Origin: Synergistota bacterium
GTDB lineage: Bacteria; Synergistota; Synergistia; Synergistales; Aminobacteriaceae
DNA: 64,000 nt
Assembly: GCA_022704435.1 (NCBI GenBank)
Contig: JAKJGK010000001.1
Coordinates: 33,554 to 97,553 of the forward strand
Reading direction: 5' to 3'
The translations under genes and the position numbers were made by a program. The notes beneath the pieces are model-generated. The model was not told the DNA's origin, did no database searches, and saw only the letters and a list, made by a program, of their open reading frames with translations. Of the stretch, positions 27,498-36,873 are shown one piece after another; the first letter of the stretch is position 1, and every line of letters starts with the position of its first letter.

Positions 27498-28141
27498 TCC
27501 CACTCCGTGGAGAAGTCTGCCAGATGCCCTGTCCGGTTCAGGGAGTAGATGCTGTATCCCTGGACGGCGTTGAAGTAGAGCACCGAGTACGATGCCGTGT
27601 CCATGTGCAGACGCCAGAAGTAGGGGGCGCGGATGCCGATGCACCCCGCAAGGAGCGGCTTGATCACGGCCCTGTGGGTCGCGACCGCGAAGCATCCGCC
27701 CTCGTGCTCCCTCGCAGCGCGATCCAGGGCTGCCTTCGAACGCTCCATGACCGAGTCCAGCGTCTCGGCCCCCTCCAGCCTGAGGAGTTCCGGGCTCTCA
27801 AGCCACAGCCTCCACTCCTCCGGGCAGTCTCGGGCTATCTCCTTCTTGGGTTGCCCCTCCCATCTGCCGAGGCTTATATTGTTGAAGCCCTCTTCGACCT
27901 TCACATCCACCCCGCAAGCCTCCGCGGTCGCCGCGGCGGTCTGCGCGGCTCGCTGCAGGGGGCTTGTCAGGACGACTTCGGGCCGCATAGGGGCTAGTTC
28001 CGACGCCACCTCCCGAGCCTGGCGAAGCCCTGTCTCGTTCAGGGAAAAGTCCGACCTGCCCCGGAAGAGCCCCTCTATGTTGCCGCGGCACTCGCCGTGT
28101 CGCACCAAAAGGATGGTGGTCCGCGCAGATTTTTCGGTCAT
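27494..28141 (-). CDS. Histidine phosphatase family protein (phosphoglycerate mutase/CobC-like)
   Basis: 215 aa. Catalytic RHG motif (ILLVRHGECRGN). Also LTSPLQRAAQTA and VATHRAVIKPL. Confidence 0.8.
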   Translation of the reverse strand: MTEKSARTTILLVRHGECRGNIEGLFRGRSDFSLNETGLRQAREVASELAPMRPEVVLTSPLQRAAQTAAATAEACGVDVKVEEGFNNISLGRWEGQPKKEIARDCPEEWRLWLESPELLRLEGAETLDSVMERSKAALDRAAREHEGGCFAVATHRAVIKPLLAGCIGIRAPYFWRLHMDTASYSVLYFNAVQGYSIYSLNRTGHLADFSTEWE

Positions 28142-28156
28142 GACGCCCTGCCTCCG

Positions 28157-29503
28157 TTATTCCCCTTCGCCGGGGGCGTCGAAGCCGTCAAGCGTCTCGG
28201 AGGCCAGCTCCGTGATTGCGCCCTCGCGCGAGTACTGGAACAGGCCCACGTGCCTTTTATCCCCGTCCGCCGCCACCGCTACGAATGTCATCGTCGCGGT
28301 AGGGTTCTTGTCTATCCAGGTGCCCGAGTTCACGTACACGGCCCTGTCTCCGCGGTGCGTCGCAGAGGGGATCATCCTGGACTCGTGGGTGTGCCCGAAC
28401 ACGACGATTCTCTTATCGGACGCCGGGTTCGAGAAGTACTGCACCCTTGCCTGGTCGTCCGTCTCCGCGCTGGATGCCGCCCCGACCAGCGCGTCCCGGA
28501 CGGGGATTTTGACGGCCACCCTGTTGAGCTCCTGTCGTTCGTCCCATGTGTCCTGAATTCCCTTGAACAGGTTGGCCTCAATGACGCCTCCCGGCTCGGC
28601 CTGGCGCGGCAGGAGGTCGCCCATGGCGTAGTCCTCGGCGAACCCGTCGATATTCGTCCTTATGATCTTCTCGTCGAAGCCCTCTCTTATGGGAAGCTGG
28701 TCCATCAGCGCCTCCCACGTCTTCCAGTAGATGTAAGCGAGCTCCTGGCTCTCTCCCATGGTGTTGGGCGTCACAACGGGCCGCTCAGTAGCTGGACGAG
28801 GCTTCCCCTCGACGACGGAAAGGGCCGCGATGCGGGTGAAGAAATACCCGGGGGGGAGTATGGATCCGGGAGCTGTGTCTCTGTTCGAGATCGGGTCGGG
28901 CGCGCAGAAGAAGTTGTAGCGGTGCCCGTGCTCGACGACCATCTCCGGCAGGCCGTCGGGGGAGTAGGCGCCGAGCCCTCGCACGTCGCGGGCCTCCGCC
29001 ATCCCGGGAAAGACCGCCTGGATGGCTTCGGTAGAGATCAGCAGGTCGTGGTTGCCGGGGACGTACACCACCTTTGTCATGCCGTCGCGGATAATGTCGT
29101 TGAACGCGTCGACCACCTCTTTGTTGTTCGCCGCTATCTTTCGGGCGAACTCCACCTGGGTCCCCCCTGCGTACGTGTCCGTGCCGGCCGGGATGAACCA
29201 CTCGTCCATAAAGTCGCCTGCTATCACGAGCTCTCTTATATTGGGCACCAGGCGCAGCTTGCGCAGGAAGTCGACCAGCGGGGCGCGATTCTGCCTGATC
29301 TCGGCGTAGCTGTCGTCCATGCCGAGGTGTATGTCGCTGACGACCACGACGACCGACCGTTCTATCCCCAGCGCCGGCATGCCGCTCTCGTCCAGGTTGA
29401 ACGCGTAGTCCGCGGCCCCCGTCTCCGCCGCTGCGGGGAACGCGAAGACAAGACAGGTCATGGAGAAAACCAGCGCCATCAGGATGTTGCGAGCCACTCT
29501 CAT
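28157..29503 (-). CDS. Secreted metallophosphoesterase
   Basis: 448 aa. Signal peptide (ALVFSMTCLVFAFPAAA). Calcineurin-like motifs: VVVVSDIHLG, IAGDFMDEW, VPGNHD, VEHGHRYN, VVFGHTH. Confidence 0.8.
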   Translation of the reverse strand: MRVARNILMALVFSMTCLVFAFPAAAETGAADYAFNLDESGMPALGIERSVVVVVSDIHLGMDDSYAEIRQNRAPLVDFLRKLRLVPNIRELVIAGDFMDEWFIPAGTDTYAGGTQVEFARKIAANNKEVVDAFNDIIRDGMTKVVYVPGNHDLLISTEAIQAVFPGMAEARDVRGLGAYSPDGLPEMVVEHGHRYNFFCAPDPISNRDTAPGSILPPGYFFTRIAALSVVEGKPRPATERPVVTPNTMGESQELAYIYWKTWEALMDQLPIREGFDEKIIRTNIDGFAEDYAMGDLLPRQAEPGGVIEANLFKGIQDTWDERQELNRVAVKIPVRDALVGAASSAETDDQARVQYFSNPASDKRIVVFGHTHESRMIPSATHRGDRAVYVNSGTWIDKNPTATMTFVAVAADGDKRHVGLFQYSREGAITELASETLDGFDAPGEGE

Positions 29504-29809
29504 TTACTCATTCCTCTTTTCATCAATCGATTGTCGAGGAGGTATTTGTTCCCCCTCTCTGCCCTCCTCGTATTATAAATCGCCTCGGGCATTTTCGCAC
29601 CTGCCGCGGCTTAGGCCTGCATTGCTAATGCGGCGCCGTGCCTGGTACAACCACCGCCCCTCGGCATCAAAACTTAAGGAAGGTCCGATCAAATCCCTTT
29701 CGCCTGGCGCAAGACTGGCCGGCGGCAAATGTCTCGGCGGATGAGACGGCGTTGTTCAGGGGCTCCTCAAGGTGGAATGACCTCCGGTGAAAAATCCCTC
29801 TGACCAGCC

Positions 29810-29838
29810 TTGACAATCATATCGCGGATTGCTAATCT
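29810..29838 (+). promoter_or_regulatory. Promoter of the hrcA-dnaK operon
   Basis: TTGACA (29810-29815), 17 nt spacer ending in TGC, TAATCT (29833-29838). CIRCE starts 20 nt downstream. Confidence 0.5.
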
Positions 29839-29857
29839 ACCCTTCGGAACAGGAGCG

Positions 29858-29884
29858 TTGGCACTCGTGTCGATAGAGTGCTAA
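29858..29884 (+). promoter_or_regulatory. CIRCE operator (HrcA binding site)
   Basis: TTGGCACTC-GTGTCGATA-GAGTGCTAA matches the CIRCE consensus TTAGCACTC-N9-GAGTGCTAA at 17 of 18 positions. It lies 20 nt upstream of hrcA. Confidence 0.9.
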
Positions 29885-29903
29885 CGACAGGGGGTGAAGC
29901 CAA

Positions 29904-30920
29904 ATGCTTACGGAGAGACAGCTCGAAGTTGTGTTTTCCGTAGTGTACGAGTACATCCGGACGGGGGAGCCGGCGGGCTCCAGGACCATCTCAAAGAAGT
30001 ACCTTCGCGGTTGCAGCCCTGCGACCATAAGGAACGAGATGGCCGACCTCGAGGAGATGGGCTACTTCTACCAGCCTCACACGTCGGCGGGACGTCTGCC
30101 CACGTCGAAAGCGTACAGGTTATATGTAGATGCCATCATGCAGCGCAGGAGGACGGCCCCGGCGGAGACCGAGGAGTGGAGGCGATCGATCCGCGAGAGC
30201 AGGCAGGGGATCGAGTCCATCCTCGCGTATATCTCGCGCCTGCTCGGGCAGGCGACCAACTGCGTCGGGGTGGCGGCCCTGTCGGCCCTCGAGGAGGTGC
30301 AGATCCAGAGGGTCAGCTTCCTCAGGCTGGGAGGGAACACGGTGCTGCTGCTGCTGGTCCTTGACGGAGGGCTGGTGCATCACAGCAACATATCGCTCCC
30401 GTGCGAGCTCTCGCAGGACACACTGGACGAGCTCGGGCGCAGGATAACGACCATAGCGGAGGGGCACCAGTGGAGCGAGGTCAGGGACGTGCTTCTGCGG
30501 TACGTGTTCGAAGGGCTCGAGCGCATGTGGGACTCCTGCCGCGAGGCCATAGTGCAGATGGACGCCCTGTTGAACCGGCGGCGCTCGCGCCTGTTTGTCG
30601 GCGGTGCGCAGCACATACTCAGCCTGCCGGACTTCCAGGACATAGGCAAGTTTCAGACGGTGCTCTCCCTGCTCGAGCAGGAGCACGCCCTGGCGGACAT
30701 GGTGGAACGCTACAGCGTCAAGGACGGCGTATCGGTAACCATCGGGGACGAGAACGCCGAGGCCGGGATGGAGCAGCTGTCCCTGCTGCTGTCTCCCTCC
30801 TCGGGGTCCGGCGCGAGGGCGATCCTCGGGTTGATAGGGCCGCTGAGGATGGATTACGAGAAGTCCATATCGATACTTGAGGCGTTGGCCGAGGACCTGG
30901 ACGACGTCCTCGTTCAGTAG
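29904..30920 (+). CDS. hrcA: Heat-inducible transcription repressor HrcA
   Basis: 338 aa. Family segments: LTERQLEVVFSVVYEYIRTGEPAGSRTISK, SPATIRNEMADLEEMGY, HTSAGRLPTSKAYRLYVD. Confidence 0.92.
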   Translation: MLTERQLEVVFSVVYEYIRTGEPAGSRTISKKYLRGCSPATIRNEMADLEEMGYFYQPHTSAGRLPTSKAYRLYVDAIMQRRRTAPAETEEWRRSIRESRQGIESILAYISRLLGQATNCVGVAALSALEEVQIQRVSFLRLGGNTVLLLLVLDGGLVHHSNISLPCELSQDTLDELGRRITTIAEGHQWSEVRDVLLRYVFEGLERMWDSCREAIVQMDALLNRRRSRLFVGGAQHILSLPDFQDIGKFQTVLSLLEQEHALADMVERYSVKDGVSVTIGDENAEAGMEQLSLLLSPSSGSGARAILGLIGPLRMDYEKSISILEALAEDLDDVLVQ

Positions 30921-30947
30921 GACGTATATGTGAAAGGAGAGAACTGG

Positions 30948-31538
30948 ATGAAGAGGTACGACGACGCACTCCCGCGGGAGAACGAGGGCGAGGGGTCGCC
31001 GCCCGTCGCGGAGAGGGAGTGCGATTCGGGCGATCCGTCCGCCGAGGGAGCCTCCTGCGAGGACGTTGATATGGCGGCCTTGGCGGAGTCCCTGGCCAGG
31101 GAAAAACAGGACCTGGAGGACGCGCTTGCGAGGGCCAGGGCTGATTTCTACAACTACAGGAAGAGGGTGGAGCGGGACCGCCAGAAAGAGCGCGCGATGA
31201 TCACGGAGGACAACGTCCTGGACTTCCTCCCGGTCCTGGACAATCTGGACCGGGCCCTTGCCGTCGATCCGGACTCCGAGGGGCGCAGCATACTCAAGGG
31301 TGTGGACATGGTGAGGAAGCAGTTCCTCTCCGTGCTGGAGTCGCTCGGGGTGGAGCCTATCCCGACGAACGGGGTGCCGTTCTCGCCGGAGTGCCACGAG
31401 GCGGTGGCGGCTGTAGCCACCGACGATCCAGACATGAACGGGCTGGTCGTCGAGGAGGTCATGACGGGCTTCAGGAGCCGGGATCGGGTGCTGCGGGCCG
31501 CCAAGGTGAGGGTCGCCTCCTTCTCCCCGGAGAGCTGA
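30948..31538 (+). CDS. grpE: Nucleotide exchange factor GrpE
   Basis: ORF 30930..31538 trimmed to ATG 30948 (AAAGGAGAG RBS). Family segments: RARADFYNYRKRVERD, LDFLPVLDNLDRAL, GFRSRDRVLRAAKVRV. Confidence 0.9.
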   Translation: MKRYDDALPRENEGEGSPPVAERECDSGDPSAEGASCEDVDMAALAESLAREKQDLEDALARARADFYNYRKRVERDRQKERAMITEDNVLDFLPVLDNLDRALAVDPDSEGRSILKGVDMVRKQFLSVLESLGVEPIPTNGVPFSPECHEAVAAVATDDPDMNGLVVEEVMTGFRSRDRVLRAAKVRVASFSPES

Positions 31539-31583
31539 CCGGGGAACTTTCTTCTGTTCAATCCAATCATGAGGTGATGGAGA

Positions 31584-33410
31584 ATGTCTAAAGTAGTGGG
31601 AATCGATCTTGGAACTACGAACAGCTGCATAGCCGTGCAGGAGGGGGACGTCACCACGATAATCCCCAGCTCCGAGGGGAGCAGGACGACCCCGTCCGTG
31701 GTCGCCTTCACGAAGGAGGGCGAGCGGCTTGTGGGACAGCTTGCCAAGAGGCAGGCCATCGTCAACGGCGACCGCACTGTCATGTCGATAAAGCGCGAGA
31801 TGGGGACGGATCACAGGGTTACCATAGACGGGAAGAAGTACACCCCGCAGGAGCTCTCCTCCATGATCCTTCAGAAGATGAAGCGGGACGCGGAGGATTA
31901 CCTGGGCGAGCCGGTCACAAAGGCGGTGATCACCACCCCCGCCTACTTCACCGACGCGCAGCGGCAGGCTACGAAGGACGCCGGGGCGATAGCCGGGCTC
32001 GAGGTGCTGCGCATAATCAACGAGCCGACCGCGGCCTGCCTGGCCTACGGGGAGAACAAGCAGGGCGAGCACAAGATCCTGGTCTTCGACCTCGGCGGCG
32101 GGACGTTCGACGTGTCGATCCTCGACGTCGGAGAGGGTGTGTTCGAGGTGCTGGCCACAGCCGGGGACAACCGACTGGGCGGCGACGACTGGGACATGAG
32201 AATAGTCGACTGGATAGTGGAGCAGTTCAGGAGATCGGACGGGATCGACCTGAAGAACGACAGGATGGCCCTGCAGAGGCTACGCGAGGCCGCGGAGAAG
32301 GCGAAGGTGGAGCTCTCCTCGATGCCGGAGACCACGATCTCCCTCCCGTTCATCACGGCCAACGCGTCCGGCCCCAGGCACCTCGAGACCAGCCTCACCA
32401 GGGCGAAGTTCGAGGAGATGACAGCCGACCTTCTGGAGCGGACGGTCAAGCCGACGCGCCAGGCTCTCCAGGACTCGGGCCTGTCCGCCGACGAGGTCGA
32501 CAAGATACTGCTGGTCGGCGGTTCCACCAGGATGCCGATGGTGCAGAGGAAGATAAAGGAGTTGCTGGGCAAGGAGCCGACCAAGGGGATCAACCCTGAC
32601 GAGTGCGTCGCGGCGGGCGCCGCGATCCAGGGGGCGATCCTGGCGGGCGACCACAAGGACATAGTCCTTGTCGACGTAACCCCGCTCTCGCTCGGGCTTG
32701 AGACCCTGGGCGGGGTGTTCACGAAGATAATCGAGAGGAACACGGCCATCCCGGTGTCGAAGAGCCAGGTCTTCACCACCGCCGCGAACAGCCAGACCCA
32801 GGTGGAGATAGTCGTGCTGCAGGGGGAGCGGGCGATGGCCGCCGACAACGTGAGGCTTGGCAAGTTCGTCCTTGACGGCATCCCGCCCGCGCCGCGCGGC
32901 ATCCCGCAGATAGAGGTGTCGTTCAACATCGACGTAAACGGCATCCTCAACGTCAACGCAAAGGACAAGGGTACCGGCAAGGCCCAGAATATATCCATCC
33001 ACTCCTCCAACCTGTCGAAGGAGGACATCGAGAGGATGAAGAACCAGGCCGAGGAGTTCGAGGAGGAGGATAAGAAGAAGCGCGAGGCCGCCGAGACCAA
33101 GAACGAGGCCGACGGCGCGGCGTTCGCCGCGGAACGGCTGCTCTCGGAGAACGGCGACAAGATGACCCCGGAGGAGAAGGGCAGGATAACTTCGGCCATG
33201 GACGAGCTGCGCCGCCTGCTGTCGGGCGACGACATCGCGGCCATCCGCTCGGCGAAGGAGGCCCTCGAGAAGTCGCTCCAGGAGTTCTCCACGCGACTCT
33301 ACTCCCAGGCGGGACAGCAGGCCGAGGGACAGGGGCCGGGCGGTGCCGCGGACGGTTCCGCCGACGGCGACACAGTGGACGCCGAGTTCACCGACCAGGG
33401 ACAGGCTTAG
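31584..33410 (+). CDS. dnaK: Molecular chaperone DnaK
   Basis: 608 aa. Family segments: [66 protein letters not shown]. Confidence 0.97.
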   Translation: MSKVVGIDLGTTNSCIAVQEGDVTTIIPSSEGSRTTPSVVAFTKEGERLVGQLAKRQAIVNGDRTVMSIKREMGTDHRVTIDGKKYTPQELSSMILQKMKRDAEDYLGEPVTKAVITTPAYFTDAQRQATKDAGAIAGLEVLRIINEPTAACLAYGENKQGEHKILVFDLGGGTFDVSILDVGEGVFEVLATAGDNRLGGDDWDMRIVDWIVEQFRRSDGIDLKNDRMALQRLREAAEKAKVELSSMPETTISLPFITANASGPRHLETSLTRAKFEEMTADLLERTVKPTRQALQDSGLSADEVDKILLVGGSTRMPMVQRKIKELLGKEPTKGINPDECVAAGAAIQGAILAGDHKDIVLVDVTPLSLGLETLGGVFTKIIERNTAIPVSKSQVFTTAANSQTQVEIVVLQGERAMAADNVRLGKFVLDGIPPAPRGIPQIEVSFNIDVNGILNVNAKDKGTGKAQNISIHSSNLSKEDIERMKNQAEEFEEEDKKKREAAETKNEADGAAFAAERLLSENGDKMTPEEKGRITSAMDELRRLLSGDDIAAIRSAKEALEKSLQEFSTRLYSQAGQQAEGQGPGGAADGSADGDTVDAEFTDQGQA

Positions 33411-33423
33411 GAGGTGAACGAGT

Positions 33424-34560
33424 ATGTACGGCGGAGAGGCCGAAGACCTGTATAAAATCCTGGGAGTGCCGCGCGACGCTTCCGCCGCCGACATAAAAAA
33501 AGCGTACAGGCAGCTGGTGCGCAAGTACCATCCTGACGCCAACCCCGGAAACAGGGATGCCGAGGAGCACTTCAAGAAGATAAACCAGGCCTACGAAGTG
33601 CTCGGCGATCCCGGCAAGCGCAACCAGTACGACCAGTTCGGAACCGTCGGTGACATGGGCGGCGGAAGCCCGTTCGAGGGCTTCGGCGGGATGGGGGACA
33701 TATTCGGGGACATCTTCGACAGCGTCTTTGGAGGCGCGGGCAGGAGAAGGTCGAGCCCCGACGCGCCGAGGCGCGGCACGGACCTGGAGATGCGGGTGGA
33801 GGTGACCCTGCTCGAGGCCGCCACCGGGGCCGTCAAGGAGTTCATGATCCCTCGGCTCGAGAGTTGTCCGGTCTGCAGCGGCACCGGGGCGAAGCCCGGC
33901 ACGACTCCTGAGACCTGCTCCCGCTGCGGCGGGCGTGGGCAGGTGGAGAGCAGGCAGCAGACCCCCTTCGGCAGGTTCGTATCCGTCAACCCCTGCCCGT
34001 CCTGCAACGGGACCGGCAAGATCATCCGGGAGAAGTGCGCGGAGTGCGGAGGACAGGGCAGGGTGCGCGCCCAGCACAAGGTGGAGGTCAAGATTCCGCC
34101 GGGTGTCGACACCGGCACCAGGCTGCGAATATCGGGCGAGGGGGAGCCGGGGGCAAACGGAGGGCAGGCCGGCGATCTCTACCTGGTGGTGAACGTGCTG
34201 GAGCACAAGGACTTCAAGAGGGAGGGGGGCGACCTGCACACGCGGCTTTCGGTCTCATTCCCGCAGGCTGCCCTCGGCTGCACCCTGGAGGTGCCGACCC
34301 TCTACGGGGGCAAGGAATCGCTCGACATCCCCGCCGGCACCCAGCCGGGGAAGGTATTCACCATCCGCGGTGAAGGAGTCCCCCGACTGCGGGGCCCAAG
34401 AGGGAAGGGAGACCTCTTCGTGCACGTGACGGTCGAAGTCCCGGAGAAGCTCACCGACAGGCAGCGCGCCCTCCTCGAAGAGCTTGCGCGCGAGATGAAG
34501 GTCGAGGTGGAGGACTCGGGAGTATTCGGCAAGTTCTTTCGCAATCTCTTCGAGGGATAG
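33424..34560 (+). CDS. dnaJ: Molecular chaperone DnaJ (type I)
   Basis: 378 aa. J domain with HPD (KYHPDANPG). G/F-rich region. Four CxxCxGxG zinc motifs (CPVCSGTG, CSRCGGRG, CPSCNGTG, CAECGGQG). Confidence 0.96.
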   Translation: MYGGEAEDLYKILGVPRDASAADIKKAYRQLVRKYHPDANPGNRDAEEHFKKINQAYEVLGDPGKRNQYDQFGTVGDMGGGSPFEGFGGMGDIFGDIFDSVFGGAGRRRSSPDAPRRGTDLEMRVEVTLLEAATGAVKEFMIPRLESCPVCSGTGAKPGTTPETCSRCGGRGQVESRQQTPFGRFVSVNPCPSCNGTGKIIREKCAECGGQGRVRAQHKVEVKIPPGVDTGTRLRISGEGEPGANGGQAGDLYLVVNVLEHKDFKREGGDLHTRLSVSFPQAALGCTLEVPTLYGGKESLDIPAGTQPGKVFTIRGEGVPRLRGPRGKGDLFVHVTVEVPEKLTDRQRALLEELAREMKVEVEDSGVFGKFFRNLFEG

Positions 34561-34623
34561 GCGCGGCGACGCTCCGCCCTTGAATAAACCCGGATCCTTC
34601 TGTTAAACTTCACGGGAGCTGGG

Positions 34624-34645
34624 AGGGGGGCCCACCGGCCCCCCT
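34624..34645 (+). terminator. Hairpin between dnaJ and prmA (possible attenuator or processing site)
   Basis: AGGGGGGCC-CACC-GGCCCCCCT, a 9 bp stem. The downstream U-tract is poor (ATACTGTCTT). Confidence 0.35.
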
Positions 34646-34670
34646 ATACTGTCTTCCGGGAGGATCGAAG

Positions 34671-35558
34671 ATGAACATCGCGACGGATGGCTTCTGGTGG
34701 TACGTGACCCTGGAAGGACGGCCCGGGAGCGAGGAGGTGCTTGCCTCCCTAGCGGAGATGTCCGGCAGCATTGGCTCGGAGGAGATAGCGAGGGAGTCGG
34801 CGTCCCTCCTGCGCGCCTATTTTCGTTCCTCGCAGGACCTGGGGTACTGGATCGGCCGCCTGGGGGGCGCCCTTGAGCCGTGGCCCGAGGTCAGGGTGGC
34901 CGACATGGGAAAGATCGAGAACAGGCAGTGGCACACCGAGTGGAAGGAGGCCTTCCCCCCGCTCGTGGTCGGGGAGGGGCTCGTCGTGCTCGCCCCGTGG
35001 CACAAGGGAGAGGAGCCCGAGGGGCGGACTCCGCTCTATATATATCCCGGCTCCGCGTTCGGGACCGGCTATCACGAGAGCACCCAGATAGTCCTGACCC
35101 TGATGGAGCGAGCGGCGTTGACAGGGGCCTCGGCGGCAGACATAGGCGCGGGGTCGGGGATCCTGTCGATAGCGGCGGTCAAGTTGGGGGCAAGACACGT
35201 GCTGGCAAGGGACCTGGATCCGGCGGTGCTGTCGGAGATACGGCACAACCTCGGCCTCAACGACATCCCCCCGGACGTGGTCGAACTCGAACAGGGGAAC
35301 TTGCTCGACGGGATGACCGGTCGAGTCGACCTGCTGATGGCGAACATCGTGATGGAGCCGCTGCTAGAGATGCTTCCTGGCGTGCCCGGCCTTCTAGAGG
35401 AGGGCGGCCGAGCCCTGTTCTCCGGGCTGCTGGTTAAGGAGAGAGAGCGCTTCGTCGGCGCCCTCGACGAGGCCGGCCTGGCGATCCTCGACGAGCTGTC
35501 GCTCGGCGACTGGTGGGGCGTGGCGGTGACAAAACGTGTTGAAGAACCTTGCGGGTAG
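34671..35558 (+). CDS. prmA: Ribosomal protein L11 methyltransferase
   Basis: 295 aa. Family segments: NRQWHTEWKEAFPP, AFGTGYHESTQ, SAM motif DIGAGSGILSIAA. In the classic position after dnaJ. Confidence 0.88.
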   Translation: MNIATDGFWWYVTLEGRPGSEEVLASLAEMSGSIGSEEIARESASLLRAYFRSSQDLGYWIGRLGGALEPWPEVRVADMGKIENRQWHTEWKEAFPPLVVGEGLVVLAPWHKGEEPEGRTPLYIYPGSAFGTGYHESTQIVLTLMERAALTGASAADIGAGSGILSIAAVKLGARHVLARDLDPAVLSEIRHNLGLNDIPPDVVELEQGNLLDGMTGRVDLLMANIVMEPLLEMLPGVPGLLEEGGRALFSGLLVKERERFVGALDEAGLAILDELSLGDWWGVAVTKRVEEPCG

Positions 35559-36873
35559 GAGAATCTGTATATATACCCTCGGCTGCCGCACCAACCAGTA
35601 CGAGGGGGAGGCCCTGGCCTGCTCCCTGGTAGACGCCGGAGCGGTGCTGTCCGAAGGCCCCGGCTGCGACGCCGCGGTTTTGGTGAGCTGCACGGTGACA
35701 TCCATCGCGGACAGCAAGTGCCGCCAGGTGATCCGAAGGATCAGGCGGCACAGCCCGGAGGCGATAGTCGCGGTCTGCGGCTGCTGGGCCCAGAGGGTCC
35801 CCGAGTCCGAGGCCAGGAGGCTCGGGGTGAGGTTGCTGGTCGGCAACAGGAGAAAGGCCGAGCTGCCGAAATTGCTGGCCGAGTGTCTTTCAGGCGGAGA
35901 GGGTTTCGTCGCTCATAGGGGGGAAGTCGCGAACTGCGAGGATTGGGACGGGCTCTTCCTGGCCAGGCCCCTGATTCACACGCGGGCTTTCGTCAAGGTC
36001 CAGGAGGGGTGCGACCAGTTCTGCTCCTACTGCGCGGTTCCCCTGGCGCGGGGCCTGCCGGTCAGCCGCCCGGCAGACGAAGTGGTCAGGGAGGTGCGCT
36101 CGATAGTCGCCTCCGGCTGCCGAGAGGTCGTCATCACGGGGGTTCACCTCGCCCTGTACGGCAGGAACGGGGAGACCTCCCTCGCCGGACTCATGAGGAG
36201 GATCGCCTCCGTGGAGGGACTGGCCCGCATCCGCATGGGCTCAATTGAACCACCGGGAGTGGATTCGGAGCTGCTCGAGGTCCTCGCGGGCGCGGCTGCA
36301 TTTCAACCCCATCTTCACATCCCGCTGCAGAGCGGCGACGACCGCGTGCTCAAACTAATGAATAGAGGCTATTCGGCGCGCGACTATCTCGATGTCCTTC
36401 GAAGGGTCAGGAGCTTCCTGGGGGATGAAGTCCACATCAGCACGGACCTCATGGTCGGATTCCCCGGCGAGGACGAAGAGGCGTTCGCGTCCTCCATGGC
36501 CTTCATCCGGGAGGGCGGTTTTGGCAAGGTCCACGTCTTTCCGTACTCGCCCCGCGAGGGTACCAGGGCCTTCCACATGCCTGGGAGGGTTCACCCTTCG
36601 GATGTGTCCTCCCGCGCCGAGGCCGCGCTCGCTCTGGGCAGGGAGCTGTTGGAGGGCTACTGCGGCCGCTGGGTCGGAAGGGAGGAGACGCTCCTCGTGG
36701 AGAGCGCCTCTCCTGTCGCGGAGGGCGGCGTCGCTTTCGAAGGGCTGACCAGGCACTTTCTGCGCGCCGCCTGCGAGGCGGAGGAAGGCGACAGCGTTCG
36801 CCAGGGAGGAGTGCTCCGGGTGCTTATCACCGGTGCGGCCGACGGAACCCTGAAGGGCAGGCTCGCCGGATGA
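35536..36873 (+). CDS. mtaB: tRNA t6A37 methylthiotransferase MtaB (radical SAM, MiaB-like)
   Basis: 445 aa. N-terminal TLGCRTNQYE. Radical-SAM cluster motif CDQFCSYC. TRAM-like C-terminus. Its position matches yqeV in the B. subtilis dnaK operon. Confidence 0.8.
   Translation: MLKNLAGRRICIYTLGCRTNQYEGEALACSLVDAGAVLSEGPGCDAAVLVSCTVTSIADSKCRQVIRRIRRHSPEAIVAVCGCWAQRVPESEARRLGVRLLVGNRRKAELPKLLAECLSGGEGFVAHRGEVANCEDWDGLFLARPLIHTRAFVKVQEGCDQFCSYCAVPLARGLPVSRPADEVVREVRSIVASGCREVVITGVHLALYGRNGETSLAGLMRRIASVEGLARIRMGSIEPPGVDSELLEVLAGAAAFQPHLHIPLQSGDDRVLKLMNRGYSARDYLDVLRRVRSFLGDEVHISTDLMVGFPGEDEEAFASSMAFIREGGFGKVHVFPYSPREGTRAFHMPGRVHPSDVSSRAEAALALGRELLEGYCGRWVGREETLLVESASPVAEGGVAFEGLTRHFLRAACEAEEGDSVRQGGVLRVLITGAADGTLKGRLAG

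Noticed and set aside
29460-29744. 94 aa + strand ORF in the long intergenic region.
   Set aside because: It starts inside the metallophosphoesterase coding region on the opposite strand. It has no RBS, and the product is Arg/Ser/Leu-rich with no motif.
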